The notes under the pieces: model-generated | Databases searched by the model: none | What the model was told of the DNA's origin: nothing | The model's input: only the letters and a program-made list of their open reading frames with translations | Program-made: the position numbers and the translations under genes | Part shown: one piece after another, positions 8,728-18,619 of the stretch | Position numbering within the stretch: position 1 is the stretch's first letter | How the letters are laid out: every line of letters starts with the position of its first letter | DNA from: Candidatus Bipolaricaulota bacterium | Lineage (GTDB): Bacteria > Bipolaricaulota > Bipolaricaulia > UBA7950 > UBA9294 | Direction: 5' to 3' | Assembly: GCA_030615945.1 (NCBI GenBank) | Contig: JAUWYG010000002.1 | Coordinates: 1-43,065 of the forward strand | Length of the DNA: 43,065 nucleotides

Positions 8728-9188
8728 GGCAAGAAATCCCGCAGCTTGTGATGCTCCTCATCCGCATCACTACAAGTGTGGTCAGGATGCTCGTTTAGAT
8801 TGGCACCGCAAACCGGACACAGCCCGCGACAATCGGGCCGACAGAGCGGATGCGGGTCGAGCGAGGCGAGGATAAACCCCACGATCCGATGTAGCGGATC
8901 GACGGCATCCACCCCCGGAGAGGCGACAATCTCGAAACTCTCGCGCAGATCTACCTGCAAGTGCACTAGGGCGAGGCAACGGCGACACGGTCGCTCGATC
9001 ACGGTCTTGATCTGTGTGTCGAAGTAAAGGGTGCCAAGCTGGGCGAACGCCTTCCCACTCACTACAATATCCTCCAGGAAGCGAACATCCTCAGACAATG
9101 ACGCTGTTTCCTCCGCGATCAGTCGAAGGTTAACCGGAAATCTCTTACCAGGGTTGTTGAGAAACTTGACCACGTTAAGGTTCATCAT
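8724..9188 (-). CDS. DUF177 (YceD-like) protein
   Basis: CRRCL...and C-terminal CRPDCRGLCPVCGANLN...C motifs. The start is trimmed to the MMNLNVVKFL methionines; the ORF-track start at 9239 would overlap folP by 65 nt. Confidence 0.75.
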   Translation of the reverse strand: MMNLNVVKFLNNPGKRFPVNLRLIAEETASLSEDVRFLEDIVVSGKAFAQLGTLYFDTQIKTVIERPCRRCLALVHLQVDLRESFEIVASPGVDAVDPLHRIVGFILASLDPHPLCRPDCRGLCPVCGANLNEHPDHTCSDADEEHHKLRDFLP

Positions 9189-10008
9189 TTCGTAGACGGC
9201 GTGCGACATCCGCCGTCCTCCTCCCCTCCTTAACATCATGCACTCGGATGATATCCGCGCCGTTGATCACTGCCACAGCGTTTGCCGCAATCGTTCCCTC
9301 CAGTCGCTCACCTGCCGGTAGGTTAAGAATTTCACCGAGGAACGACTTGCGCGAAAGACCGATCAAAACCGGCACGTCAAGGTCGGTGAAACTGGAAAGC
9401 CCCCTCAGGATCGTGAGGTTATGTTCTAATCTCTTCCCAAAGCCAATCCCTGGGTCGATAATGATCCGCTCGCGGGGGATCCCCGAACGGAGTGCTGCCT
9501 CAATCCGCTCAGCGAGAAAGGATTTTATCTCCTCGACCGGGTCGGCGTAAACAGGGTTATCCTGCATCGTCTCCGGCGTTCCCAACATGTGCATCAACAC
9601 CACAAACACTCCGCCCCCAGCAATTATGCCAGCCATCTCAGGATCAAAGCGAAGGGCGCTGATGTCGTTCACGATCGACGCCCCGCACGCGATCGCCTCT
9701 TTGGCTACCGATGCTCTGGTTGTGTCGACAGAAAGGAGGACATCACTTCGAGTGCGGACCCCCTCGATCACTGGCATGACCCGCTCAAGTTCTTCAATGG
9801 ATGAAAGCGGTTTTACACCTGGCCGGCTCGACGCACCGCCGACGTCAATTATATCAGCCCCCTCCTTTTCCATCTGGAGGGCACGCTCAATAGCGTCAGT
9901 TGGCGTGAGATACCTTCCGCCATCATAGAAGGAATCTGGGGTGACATTCAACGCCCCCATCACCAACACCCGGTCCCTCTCTTTCACCCAGCTTGCTAGT
10001 CGTCTCAT
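9175..10008 (-). CDS. folP: Dihydropteroate synthase
   Basis: MRRLASW...VMGALNVTPDSFYDGG...DIIDVGG...IVNDIS...DPGIGFGK. The start is trimmed from 10161 to the ATG at 10008. Confidence 0.9.
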   Translation of the reverse strand: MRRLASWVKERDRVLVMGALNVTPDSFYDGGRYLTPTDAIERALQMEKEGADIIDVGGASSRPGVKPLSSIEELERVMPVIEGVRTRSDVLLSVDTTRASVAKEAIACGASIVNDISALRFDPEMAGIIAGGGVFVVLMHMLGTPETMQDNPVYADPVEEIKSFLAERIEAALRSGIPRERIIIDPGIGFGKRLEHNLTILRGLSSFTDLDVPVLIGLSRKSFLGEILNLPAGERLEGTIAANAVAVINGADIIRVHDVKEGRRTADVARRLRNDEP

Positions 10009-10054
10009 CTTCCGAAATCCAAGTATACCACAGGGCGGCGGATGGTGACGGCGT

Positions 10055-10083
10055 TTGACGGCACAGCCAACGCTCACTACAAT
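10055..10083 (+). promoter_or_regulatory. Sigma70-type promoter candidate for rplI
   Basis: TTGACG (10055-10060), 17-nt spacer, TACAAT (10078-10083). It lies about 25 nt upstream of the AAGGGG SD and the ATG at 10109. Confidence 0.5.
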
Positions 10084-10108
10084 CCCTTGCAAGAGAGCAA
10101 AAGGGGTG

Positions 10109-10594
10109 ATGACAATCGTTAGGGTATTGTTGACAACAACCATTGAGTCGTTAGGGCACATCGGTGAAGTAGTGAACGTGGCCGATGGATATGCGCGGAA
10201 TTACCTGTTCCCACGTGGGCTCGCCACGAAGCCAACACAGCACAACATCGCCCGCTATGGAAAGCCAAAGGCATCTCACAAAGCGGAGCTTCAAGAACGG
10301 GAGGAAAAAGCACTCCACCTGCGCGACACGCTTGCCGATCACACACTCGTCTTCACGCGCAAGGCCCACGACGACGATCGTCTCTACGGGTCGGTGCGGG
10401 TAGAGGATATCGTCTCACAGATCGCGGAAGAGCTAGGCGAGCACATTGAGCCTTCACGGGTACTGCTAGAACAGCCAATCGAGACCCTCGGCCCACATGC
10501 AGTGACGATCAACCTGTACAAGGACATCGCTGTGGAGCTACGCATCCGCGTCGATAATGAGACTAGCCTCGAGGGGACTAACAAGGAGGAATAA
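10109..10594 (+). CDS. rplI: 50S ribosomal protein L9
   Basis: MTIVRVLLTTTIESLGHIGEVVNVADGYARNYLFPRGLA matches the L9 N-terminal signature. An SD precedes the ATG at 10109. Confidence 0.9.
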   Translation: MTIVRVLLTTTIESLGHIGEVVNVADGYARNYLFPRGLATKPTQHNIARYGKPKASHKAELQEREEKALHLRDTLADHTLVFTRKAHDDDRLYGSVRVEDIVSQIAEELGEHIEPSRVLLEQPIETLGPHAVTINLYKDIAVELRIRVDNETSLEGTNKEE

Positions 10595-10600
10595 CCCGCG

Positions 10601-12307
10601 ATGAGAAGCGGGCGATCAGGAGGAATTGTCATCGTTTGCCTCCTTGTGTTTGCGTTTGTCGCAAGCGGCAACGAGGTTCCCCTATTCGTCTGCGGCGAAC
10701 CGGTGTCCCTCATTCATAAAGCCTTTTGGGATGATGATCAACTACTGGTCCCTTTGAGTGAGTTTGGTCTTAAGTTGGGAATCGAGGCCACATACATTGA
10801 TGAGGAGGACTCGATCAGTCTCCGCTTTGGCGGGGGAAGACAGTTCTTCCCCACTGATCACTTTAAAACCTACGCCGGAGTTTACTATATCCCGCTTGAC
10901 GAATTGGCCGACCTCGTCGGGGCGAGGATACATACGATCGGCAAGGAGATCTACGTCGAGGCCGAACCTTCGTACCTCACTTCGCTTGAGGCAACCGCGG
11001 AACAAGTGACCGTTCGTTTCGATACTTTCACCCCCTACGAAACGATTGAGGGAGGACCGGGGACGATTCACCTTCGCTTTTACCACTGCTCCCTTGCTAC
11101 CGCCCCACGTCGACTCGCTGTGACCGGCGGACCAATCCTCTCGGTCAAGCTAATGGCAGGTCCGCAAAGCACGGTTGAGCTGGTAATCGAGGTATCTAGC
11201 GACTCCCTTCCTCAGACAAGGCGTTTCGAGGCACCTGGGTTCTATTCGGTCTCGCTCACCTTCGACCATCAACTTCTAACCGAGACACAGAAGGAAATCT
11301 CACCTTACATCACCTCCCACGAGATCGAGACCGACTTGGGTGAGGGACCGGTGAAGATCAAATACCTGTACGTAAAGGAATGGCACAATCACTACCGCTT
11401 AACCCCTGCGGTTCCTGAAGGCGGCGTGGGCACTATATCACCCTTAAAGGAGATGGCCCGTGCACACGGCGCGCACGCTGCGATTAACGCCAACTTCTTC
11501 GACACAGCAACCAATAATCCGGTCGGACTTCTGATCGTGAATGGGGTAGTTCTAAGCTCCAACTACGAACGCCGCGCAGCGTTGGGGATCGATTTATTTG
11601 GCCGGTTAACCTTTTTCAATCCGATCGTTAATCTCTACTTACGCTGTGGCGCGGAGAAGATCACAATCGACGATGTGAACCGGCCGATCAAGGCAGATGA
11701 ACTGATCGTCTACACTGAAGGCTACACTGGTCTTACTGCGCGCAGTGCTTCTCAATCCTTCCGTGTTGTCAAGGTGCGCGGCGATCGCGTCGTCGCTGCC
11801 CAATATTGCCCGTACGTAGTTGAAGATCGCTCCGCCACCCTCCTTGTGGCAAGTGGTACGGCGCGCGCGCGGTTGATAGGCATAACCGTTGGAGAAGAGG
11901 TGAACATAGAGTTCACTCTCGACCAAGGGGATCTCCTCGTCACCAACGTGGTTAGCGCCGGTCCACTCCTCATCTTAAACGGGAAGGATGTTCTCAACCT
12001 CAAAAGCGAGAGCTTTCAGCCGCAGTCCCATTTAGCAAGCGGCCTCGCCGCTCGTAGCGTGTTCGCCACTGACTACTACGGTGGATTGATCCTGCTCACG
12101 GTGGTGAAGGATGAAGAAAGCGCGGGAGCGAATTTCGACAACCTACTGAGTGTCCTTCACAGTCTGCCACAAAAGGTGAAGGACGCAATCGCGTTCGACG
12201 GTGGTCATTCAAGTTCGCTCGTGCTCAAGGACGGTGGCACTTACTGGGAGATCTTAAGTGGAGGACGGGTCGCGGTCGGCCTCCTCCTCGTCCCCACTGA
12301 TCGATGA
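10601..12307 (+). CDS. Secreted phosphodiester glycosidase-family protein with an N-terminal copper-amine-oxidase-like (stalk) domain
   Basis: Signal peptide. The C-terminal region has AAINANFFD...GLLIVNG...FDGGHSS, typical of the NAGPA-like/DUF2233 domain. Confidence 0.6.
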   Translation: MRSGRSGGIVIVCLLVFAFVASGNEVPLFVCGEPVSLIHKAFWDDDQLLVPLSEFGLKLGIEATYIDEEDSISLRFGGGRQFFPTDHFKTYAGVYYIPLDELADLVGARIHTIGKEIYVEAEPSYLTSLEATAEQVTVRFDTFTPYETIEGGPGTIHLRFYHCSLATAPRRLAVTGGPILSVKLMAGPQSTVELVIEVSSDSLPQTRRFEAPGFYSVSLTFDHQLLTETQKEISPYITSHEIETDLGEGPVKIKYLYVKEWHNHYRLTPAVPEGGVGTISPLKEMARAHGAHAAINANFFDTATNNPVGLLIVNGVVLSSNYERRAALGIDLFGRLTFFNPIVNLYLRCGAEKITIDDVNRPIKADELIVYTEGYTGLTARSASQSFRVVKVRGDRVVAAQYCPYVVEDRSATLLVASGTARARLIGITVGEEVNIEFTLDQGDLLVTNVVSAGPLLILNGKDVLNLKSESFQPQSHLASGLAARSVFATDYYGGLILLTVVKDEESAGANFDNLLSVLHSLPQKVKDAIAFDGGHSSSLVLKDGGTYWEILSGGRVAVGLLLVPTDR

Positions 12308-13818
12308 AACGCCTGGCTCGCGATGTCCTGTTAATGGCCCTGGCGACCGGCATCTCGCGAGTCTTTGGTCTCTTCCGCGACGTTACGATCGCTGATCGAT
12401 TCGGGGCTAGCGGGGCCTACGACGCATTCCTCGTCGCTTTCTTTCTCCCTCACTTTCTCCGCCAGCTCCTCGCGGAAGGGGCACTCTCCACCGCATTTGT
12501 TCCTGTCTTCACCGAGTCGCTTATCGCCGACAAGGAGGCAAACCGGTTTGCCAGCAACGTCCTCTCTATACTTATCATCCTCTTCCCGATCATCGTCGCT
12601 TTAGGAATCCTTCTTGCCCCGTACTATCTCCCGTTTTTGGCAAGTGGCTTCTCTGAAGAGAAGCTTGCTTTATCCATCCACCTGGCGCGCATTCTTTTCC
12701 CGTTTATCGCTCTTATGGGATTCGCTGCGGTGTTCATGGGGATCCTGAACGCGCACCATCGCTTCTTCGCCGCGTCGTTCGCACCGGTGTTGTTCAACCT
12801 GGGTATGATCAGCGGCGCCCTCTTCCTCTCTTCCAGTTTCTCGCTTGAACCGATCTATGGATTGGCCCTGGGGGCCCTGCTCGGTGGCGCAGGACAGCTC
12901 CTATTTCAGATCCCAGCCCTGCGCGGGGTTGGGTTCCATTTTCACTTCACCCTGACACCGCTTCATCCGGGAATCCGCCAAATGGGAAGATTGATGATTC
13001 CAGCACTCCTCGGGCTGGCCGTCACCCAAATTAACCTCCTCGTCGACAACAAGATTGCCTCACACCTGGGGGATGGAGGAATCTCCTCCCTGCAGTATGC
13101 GATGCGCCTGTTTCAACTCCCGCTGGGAGTGTTCGCAGTGAGCATCGCTTCCGCTCTCCTACCGCGTTTCTCGGCCGCCCTCGCCCGTGGGGAGCATGAT
13201 CGCTTCTCGGCACACATCAAGGATGGAATCAGTTCCAGCACGTTCATCCTGCTCCCAGCCATGGTCGGCCTGTACGCCATCGGCCCTGACGTCATTCGTC
13301 TGTTATTCGAGCATGGCAGCTTCTCCTTGCCCGATACGTTGCGCACAGCGCACGCCCTCTCATATTACCTCGTCGGTGTCCTCCCCTATGGGCTCATGTA
13401 CATATTCACCCGTGCTTTCTACGCTACAGGACGCACTACCCTCCCACTTCTCGCCTCCTGCTGCGCGGTGGCAGCGAACATCGCCTTCGATCTACTTCTT
13501 GTCGGACCGATGCGCGAAGGAGGACTCGCCTTGGCAACCTCGATCGCTGGGACCGTCAACGTTGCGATCCTCTTCCTGTTCTTATGGCGGACGATCCATC
13601 CTGATGGCATGCTGTTAAGGCGATTGGGAAAGATTGCTCTTGGTTCTGGGCTTGTCTTTGCCGTCGCCTGGGCAACGCGACAGTCAATCGGTGAGGGATC
13701 ACGAGCGCTGGCGGTCTTTCTCCCCACGCTTCTAGGAATCACGTTCTACCTGGTTTACGCCCGCGCAAGCGGCCTATGGGATCTGGTCAGATCAAGCGGC
13801 GAAGATCACTCGGGGTAA
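12304..13818 (+). CDS. murJ: Lipid II flippase MurJ
   Basis: 504 aa, polytopic: SRVFGLFRDVTIADRFGA...AFLVAFFLPHFLRQLLAEGALSTAFVPVF. ATGA overlap with the upstream gene. Confidence 0.88.
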   Translation: MKRLARDVLLMALATGISRVFGLFRDVTIADRFGASGAYDAFLVAFFLPHFLRQLLAEGALSTAFVPVFTESLIADKEANRFASNVLSILIILFPIIVALGILLAPYYLPFLASGFSEEKLALSIHLARILFPFIALMGFAAVFMGILNAHHRFFAASFAPVLFNLGMISGALFLSSSFSLEPIYGLALGALLGGAGQLLFQIPALRGVGFHFHFTLTPLHPGIRQMGRLMIPALLGLAVTQINLLVDNKIASHLGDGGISSLQYAMRLFQLPLGVFAVSIASALLPRFSAALARGEHDRFSAHIKDGISSSTFILLPAMVGLYAIGPDVIRLLFEHGSFSLPDTLRTAHALSYYLVGVLPYGLMYIFTRAFYATGRTTLPLLASCCAVAANIAFDLLLVGPMREGGLALATSIAGTVNVAILFLFLWRTIHPDGMLLRRLGKIALGSGLVFAVAWATRQSIGEGSRALAVFLPTLLGITFYLVYARASGLWDLVRSSGEDHSG

Positions 13819-14410
13819 CGATTAAGCCGCTTTGTTCCTGTTGTTTCTCTTCGGGAAGAAGTTCCTCCAGGTGAGCGAAGAGCCCACGCAGAAAGGCGCG
13901 CGGTACCTCCGGCTCTCGTAATGAGGCGACCATCTTCGCCAGGCGGGTCAGTCCCTCCTTGAGAGGCTCCCGCAGCAGTCTCCCTTCCTCTAGCTGGGGT
14001 GCTAATTCCTCCCATAGGAGGCGTCCAAGCAAGGAGGGAGCCTGAGTGACAAGTTCAATCGGGCCCACGCGCGCGGTGAGTTCGGCAAGTGCTACTTCTA
14101 CGTCGGCGTCGGTCAGCCCCTCAACCCCTTCAGCCACCCGCTTTAACAGGTATTCAAGGGCGATAATCAGTTTAAGGTCTGCTTCCCGCCCGCGCAGGTC
14201 CTCGTTGACTTTTAGCCATACCTCGTGGTAGCGGGAGCCCTGCTTATCACGTTGGAACGCCTCGTGCCGCAAAAGATGCGAGCAAGTAGATGGACAGGAG
14301 ATTTTCACAAGGCGGTTCTCCCCACAGCAGCGGCTGCAGATCGGTCCAGCGAGAACCGGACAGTAACGATTGCCCCGCCTTTTACCACAGCGAAGGCACT
14401 TCTCCGCCAT
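13787..14410 (-). CDS. Hypothetical protein with an N-terminal 8-Cys cluster
   Basis: MAEKCLRCGKRRGNRYCPVLAGPICSRCCGENRLVKISCPSTCSHL followed by a helical region. The start is trimmed to the ATG at 14410, 8 nt after the DUF59 stop. Confidence 0.5.
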   Translation of the reverse strand: MAEKCLRCGKRRGNRYCPVLAGPICSRCCGENRLVKISCPSTCSHLLRHEAFQRDKQGSRYHEVWLKVNEDLRGREADLKLIIALEYLLKRVAEGVEGLTDADVEVALAELTARVGPIELVTQAPSLLGRLLWEELAPQLEEGRLLREPLKEGLTRLAKMVASLREPEVPRAFLRGLFAHLEELLPEEKQQEQSGLIVTPSDLRRLI

Positions 14411-14417
14411 ATTTATT

Positions 14418-14723
14418 CTAGCCGCTGTAGCCGAGCTGTTCCTTGGCCGTGTCAGAGAGCAGATCTGGGGTCCATGGCGGGTCCCACACCAGGCTGACCT
14501 CCACGTCGACCTCCTCAAACGCCTCACGAATGGCCTGTTCGACGCTCCCAGCAAGCATCCCTGCCATCGGGCACCCTGGGGTTGTGAGGGTCATATCGAC
14601 ACCGATCTTGTTTCCTTGTATCTGAATGTTATAGATAAGTCCCAGATCGACCACGTTAATCCCCAGTTCCGGGTCAATCACATCCTCTAAGCAAGATATC
14701 ACCATATCAGTAGTGATATTCAT
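14418..14723 (-). CDS. DUF59 (MIP18/SufT-like) Fe-S assembly family protein
   Basis: DVIDPELGINVVDLGLIY...MTLTTPGCPMAG. AAGGAG lies 6 nt upstream of the ATG at 14723. Confidence 0.8.
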   Translation of the reverse strand: MNITTDMVISCLEDVIDPELGINVVDLGLIYNIQIQGNKIGVDMTLTTPGCPMAGMLAGSVEQAIREAFEEVDVEVSLVWDPPWTPDLLSDTAKEQLGYSG

Positions 14724-14773
14724 CGTCCGCTCCTTTGGTTCCGCCACCATTATAAAGGGGATGAAGCTACCGA

Positions 14774-15982
14774 TCAAAAGGAAAGATACCTTGCCTCTTT
14801 GCGGGCCCAGCGGTCGGCAGCAAGAAGCGTGGAGAGAATCACCTCGTCTTGGTTTCCCGCATCGGAACTAATTTCCTTGAGGTCAGCTTCGGCAGATTCC
14901 CAGCGGGAAAGGATCGTCTGCAGCCCACTGGCAATCCCGGTAAAGGGGATCTCCTCTTCCAAGAACCGCTCCACGAGGACTTCATCTACGGCGTTGATTA
15001 CCGCAGGCGAGGTTCCTCCCTGCTTTGCCGCCTCCAGCACTGTCGCAAACGCAGGGAAGTGCTCATGGTCAAGCGGCTCAAACTCCATCCTCGATATCTC
15101 CTCAAGGTCAAGTCGGGGAAGCCCCGTCTCCACGCGTTTTGGGTAGGTGAGAGCGTACTGGATTGGGATACGCATATCCGGTGAGGCAAGCTCGGCAAGA
15201 AGGGAGCCGTCGTGGTACTCGACGAAGGAATGAATCACCGAATCGGGGTGAATAATGACTGAAATCCTCTCGTAGGGAAGATGAAACAGGAAGTGAGCCT
15301 CGATCACTTCAAACCCCTTGTTCACCATCGTCGCCGAGTCGATGGTGATGCGAGATCCCATCGCCCAGTTGGGATGACAAAGTGCCTCCTCCGGGCGCAT
15401 TCGATCCAGTGCTCCCTTTTGGACATGCAGGAACGGTCCCCCCGAGGCAGTGAGGATCACCCGCCGCACCTCGGAGGGCCTCCCCGCACGCAGGCACTGG
15501 AAGATGGCGTTGTGCTCGCTGTCGATCGGCAGGATCGCTCCCCCATACTCAGAGAGGAACTTGGTCACTAACTCCCCACCGATCACCAAACTCTCCTTAT
15601 TTGCAAGAGCAACGGTGCGACCAAGGGAGAGCCCATCCAGGGTTGGAGGAAGGCCGATCGCTCCAACGAGAGCATTCACGATCAGGTCAACCTCATCGAG
15701 TCGAGCGAGTTCCCGCAGACCTTTCTCACCGGTGAAGACCCGCACTTCGGGAAACCGCTGTCGCAGGATCTCCCCCTCTGATTCCTTTCCTATACAGACG
15801 GCGCGAGGGTGGTAGCGTTTGATCTGTTCGGCTAACCGCTCAACATTCTTCCCAGCAGCGAGCCCTACCACTGAGAACGCGCAGCCTCTCTGGTTAAGAC
15901 GCTCGATTATGTCGATTGTCTGCGTGCCGATCGAGCCGGTTGAGCCGAGGATGATAACATGGCGTTCAGGGCAAGGCATCAA
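14774..15982 (-). CDS. dxr: 1-deoxy-D-xylulose-5-phosphate reductoisomerase
   Basis: ILGSTGSIGTQT...LANKESLV...DSEHNAIFQC...HPNWAMG. Confidence 0.95.
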   Translation of the reverse strand: MMPCPERHVIILGSTGSIGTQTIDIIERLNQRGCAFSVVGLAAGKNVERLAEQIKRYHPRAVCIGKESEGEILRQRFPEVRVFTGEKGLRELARLDEVDLIVNALVGAIGLPPTLDGLSLGRTVALANKESLVIGGELVTKFLSEYGGAILPIDSEHNAIFQCLRAGRPSEVRRVILTASGGPFLHVQKGALDRMRPEEALCHPNWAMGSRITIDSATMVNKGFEVIEAHFLFHLPYERISVIIHPDSVIHSFVEYHDGSLLAELASPDMRIPIQYALTYPKRVETGLPRLDLEEISRMEFEPLDHEHFPAFATVLEAAKQGGTSPAVINAVDEVLVERFLEEEIPFTGIASGLQTILSRWESAEADLKEISSDAGNQDEVILSTLLAADRWARKEARYLSF

Positions 15983-17823
15983 ACAGCGGGTGCAGGCATC
16001 AACTCGGCAAAGAGGGCATCAAGTTCGCTCCCTGTGATCTCTTCGCGCTTGAGCACCTCACTAGCAAGCCGGTCGAGGGCCGCGCGATGCTTCTTGAGAA
16101 GCTGTTTTGCCTTTTCATAGGAGCGGATTAGAAGCCCCCGAATCTCGCGATCTGCCAAAGACGCGATCTCCTCGGAGTGCTCGTGGCTTTTGACGATCTC
16201 CTCACCGAGGAAGACATCGACCCGCTCGCGCCCCAGGCTGATAGGTCCGAGCTCCTCATTCATGCCCAATTTGATCACCATCCTTGTAGCAAGACTTGTC
16301 GCGTCCCTGAGATCGCTACTCGATCCAGCCGTGAACTCGTTAAACACCAACTCCTCGGCGGCTCGACCCCCGAGAGTACAGACTAGCTCGTTCTTGTACT
16401 CTTCCTGGGTAGGCAAGTACTTTTCCTCCAAAGGCAAGGACTGAGTTACCCCCATTGAGTAAGAACGAGGAAGGATGGATATTTTGTGGACTGAGCGATC
16501 CTCCCTTTGCAGCAAGTGGCCGAGCAGAGCGTGGCCGCTCTCGTGGTAGGCGGTGATCCGCCGTTCCTTCTCCGTGGGCACAACACTCTTGCGCTTGAGG
16601 CCGAGCCACACACGATCGGTAGCTTCCTCAAAATCGGTCATGTCGACGACGGCTTTGTTCTTCCGGGCGGCCAGCAACGCCGCCTCATTACACAGGTTTC
16701 GCAGGTCCGCACCGACGAAGCCGGGCGTTTGCCGGGCGAGTACCCCTGTATCGACGTCCTCAGCGATCGTCTTACCACGAAGGTGGACCTTGAGAATCTC
16801 CTCACGGTCCTTTAGAACGGGGTAGGGAACAAGGATCCGGCGATCGAACCGCCCCGGACGAAGGAGTGCCGGATCGAGGACGTCCGGTCGGTTGGTCGCT
16901 GCGAGAATGATAATCCCTTTATTCGGCTGAAACCCGTCCATTTCCGCCAAGAGTTGGTTTAGGGTCTGTTCACGCTCATCGTGCCCGCCGCCCAGGCCCG
17001 CGCCCCGTTTTCTGCCCACTGCATCAAGCTCATCGATGAAGATGATGCACGGGGCGCTAGCCTTAGCTTTTTCGAACATATCACGCACTCGCGCCGCCCC
17101 GACGCCGACAAACATCTCCACAAAGTCCGACCCGCTGATGGAGAAGAAGGGAACGTGCGCCTCACCGGCGATCGCCTTCGCCAGCAGGGTCTTCCCGGTC
17201 CCCGGCGCTCCGACGAGGAGGATCCCCTTAGGAATCTCCGCCCCCAGACGGGAGAAGCGCTTCTGATCCTCCAGGTAATCGATGATTTCCCCCACCTCTT
17301 CCTTCACCTCGACTAACCCAGCAACGTCGTCGAATGTCACCTTAGTCGTGTCAGGACGGACTAGTTTTGCCTTCGACTGGCCGAAGGCAAGAGCCCCACC
17401 GCCCTGCGTTCGGCGCATGATGTACATAAAGACAGCAAAGATAAGGAGCACAGGGAGCAACGAGATAACGATAGTAAGGAACCAGTTGCTCTCCGTTGCG
17501 GGTTCAAAACTCACCTGGATTCCATGCTCCTCTAATAGGGGCATATAGATGCTCGTGCCATCGGGGGAGAGTTGGACGAAGATTGTCCCTCCGTCAACCG
17601 TCGTCGCCTCGGCACGGTTGTCCTTGATCGAGACTGAGACAATCTGGTCATTCTCCACCAAGGTAGTAAACAACGTATACTGAATCTCGTTCTTTGTCTT
17701 GCCGCCGCCAAGCCAGGACTGAAGAAGGATTAGCCCTAGGATGACGATGACGGTGATAAACGCGATATTCCGTAAGTTTCTATTACGTAGATCTCTCAAC
17801 GGGTCCTTTTCCATGATCCACAC
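15979..17823 (-). CDS. ftsH: ATP-dependent zinc metalloprotease FtsH
   Basis: Two N-terminal TM helices. Walker A GAPGTGKT, Walker B IIFIDELD, and HESGHAL zinc motif. Confidence 0.97.
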   Translation of the reverse strand: MWIMEKDPLRDLRNRNLRNIAFITVIVILGLILLQSWLGGGKTKNEIQYTLFTTLVENDQIVSVSIKDNRAEATTVDGGTIFVQLSPDGTSIYMPLLEEHGIQVSFEPATESNWFLTIVISLLPVLLIFAVFMYIMRRTQGGGALAFGQSKAKLVRPDTTKVTFDDVAGLVEVKEEVGEIIDYLEDQKRFSRLGAEIPKGILLVGAPGTGKTLLAKAIAGEAHVPFFSISGSDFVEMFVGVGAARVRDMFEKAKASAPCIIFIDELDAVGRKRGAGLGGGHDEREQTLNQLLAEMDGFQPNKGIIILAATNRPDVLDPALLRPGRFDRRILVPYPVLKDREEILKVHLRGKTIAEDVDTGVLARQTPGFVGADLRNLCNEAALLAARKNKAVVDMTDFEEATDRVWLGLKRKSVVPTEKERRITAYHESGHALLGHLLQREDRSVHKISILPRSYSMGVTQSLPLEEKYLPTQEEYKNELVCTLGGRAAEELVFNEFTAGSSSDLRDATSLATRMVIKLGMNEELGPISLGRERVDVFLGEEIVKSHEHSEEIASLADREIRGLLIRSYEKAKQLLKKHRAALDRLASEVLKREEITGSELDALFAELMPAPAV

Positions 17824-17968
17824 CTCAAGGTATCAAAGAAGATTGTAGCACCATACATCCTATCCGTCAAACCCACTTCTGCACCGAGATTTCTCGTCCC
17901 TGACTGGGGCTTTTAAAAAGACTCACGTACCCTTTAAGAGTGCCCTATAAGGAAAGGATAGGAGATGA

Positions 17969-18619
17969 CTACCGATGAAAAACCCGCCTTAAAATCTGCA
18001 CGCGGGGAAAAGAGCGTTCTTTGCCCTGGAAGAGGCGGACGATGTTCCCACGATGGGTGAAGAGGATGAACGCTGCCAAGGCCGCGGTCAGCCCGATCAG
18101 CAAGGAGGGGTAGTGAGCGGCGGTGTAGCGGTTAAGCAATGCGATGACCAGCGGCACGGTGATCGCCCCAAGGAGTGAGCCAACGGAGACACGGCCGGTG
18201 AGGATGAGGGAAAGCGCGAAGACCGGGACTGCGATGGCGACTGGAATCGGGGCAGTGGCAAGGAGAATTCCGGCTCCGGTGGCTACTCCTTTCCCCCCAC
18301 GAAAACCGATATAGACCGGGAAGACATGACCGATTACCGCGGAAAGGCCGCAGAGGATCGGCACAATCGCAGGGTCGATCGGAAGCGGACCGAACGGAAG
18401 GTCACAGATCACCGTTGCCGCAATCACTCCCTTCCCCAGGTCGATCGCCGCCACCGGCACGCCACCCTTCCAGCCGAGGACCCGCCAAGCGTTGGTCCCC
18501 CCGGCGCTCTTGCTCCCGTGCTGGCGAATGTCAATTCCCCTAAGAATCTTCCCCACGATCACTGCCGTGGGGAAGGCTCCGATGAGATAAGAGATCAGAA
18601 GCAATCCTGCAAGCGCCAC
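17969..18619 (-). CDS. plsY: Glycerol-3-phosphate acyltransferase PlsY (acyl-phosphate dependent)
   Basis: 216 aa membrane protein: GSKSAGGTNAWR...FRGGKGVATG. The GTG start overlaps the upstream stop by 1 nt (TAGTG). Confidence 0.9.
   Translation of the reverse strand: MALAGLLLISYLIGAFPTAVIVGKILRGIDIRQHGSKSAGGTNAWRVLGWKGGVPVAAIDLGKGVIAATVICDLPFGPLPIDPAIVPILCGLSAVIGHVFPVYIGFRGGKGVATGAGILLATAPIPVAIAVPVFALSLILTGRVSVGSLLGAITVPLVIALLNRYTAAHYPSLLIGLTAALAAFILFTHRGNIVRLFQGKERSFPRVQILRRVFHR

Noticed and set aside
9175-10161. N-terminally extended ORF-track models for folP (to 10161), rplI (from 10055), the Cys-rich ORF (to 14554), DUF59 (to 14777), DUF2334 (from 24722) and DUF4384 (to 981)
   Set aside because: The extensions overlap neighbouring genes or promoters, lack an SD and add non-homologous low-complexity residues. 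Internal starts with an SD reproduce canonical N-termini, for example MRRLASW...VMGALNVTPDSF and MTIVRVLL...
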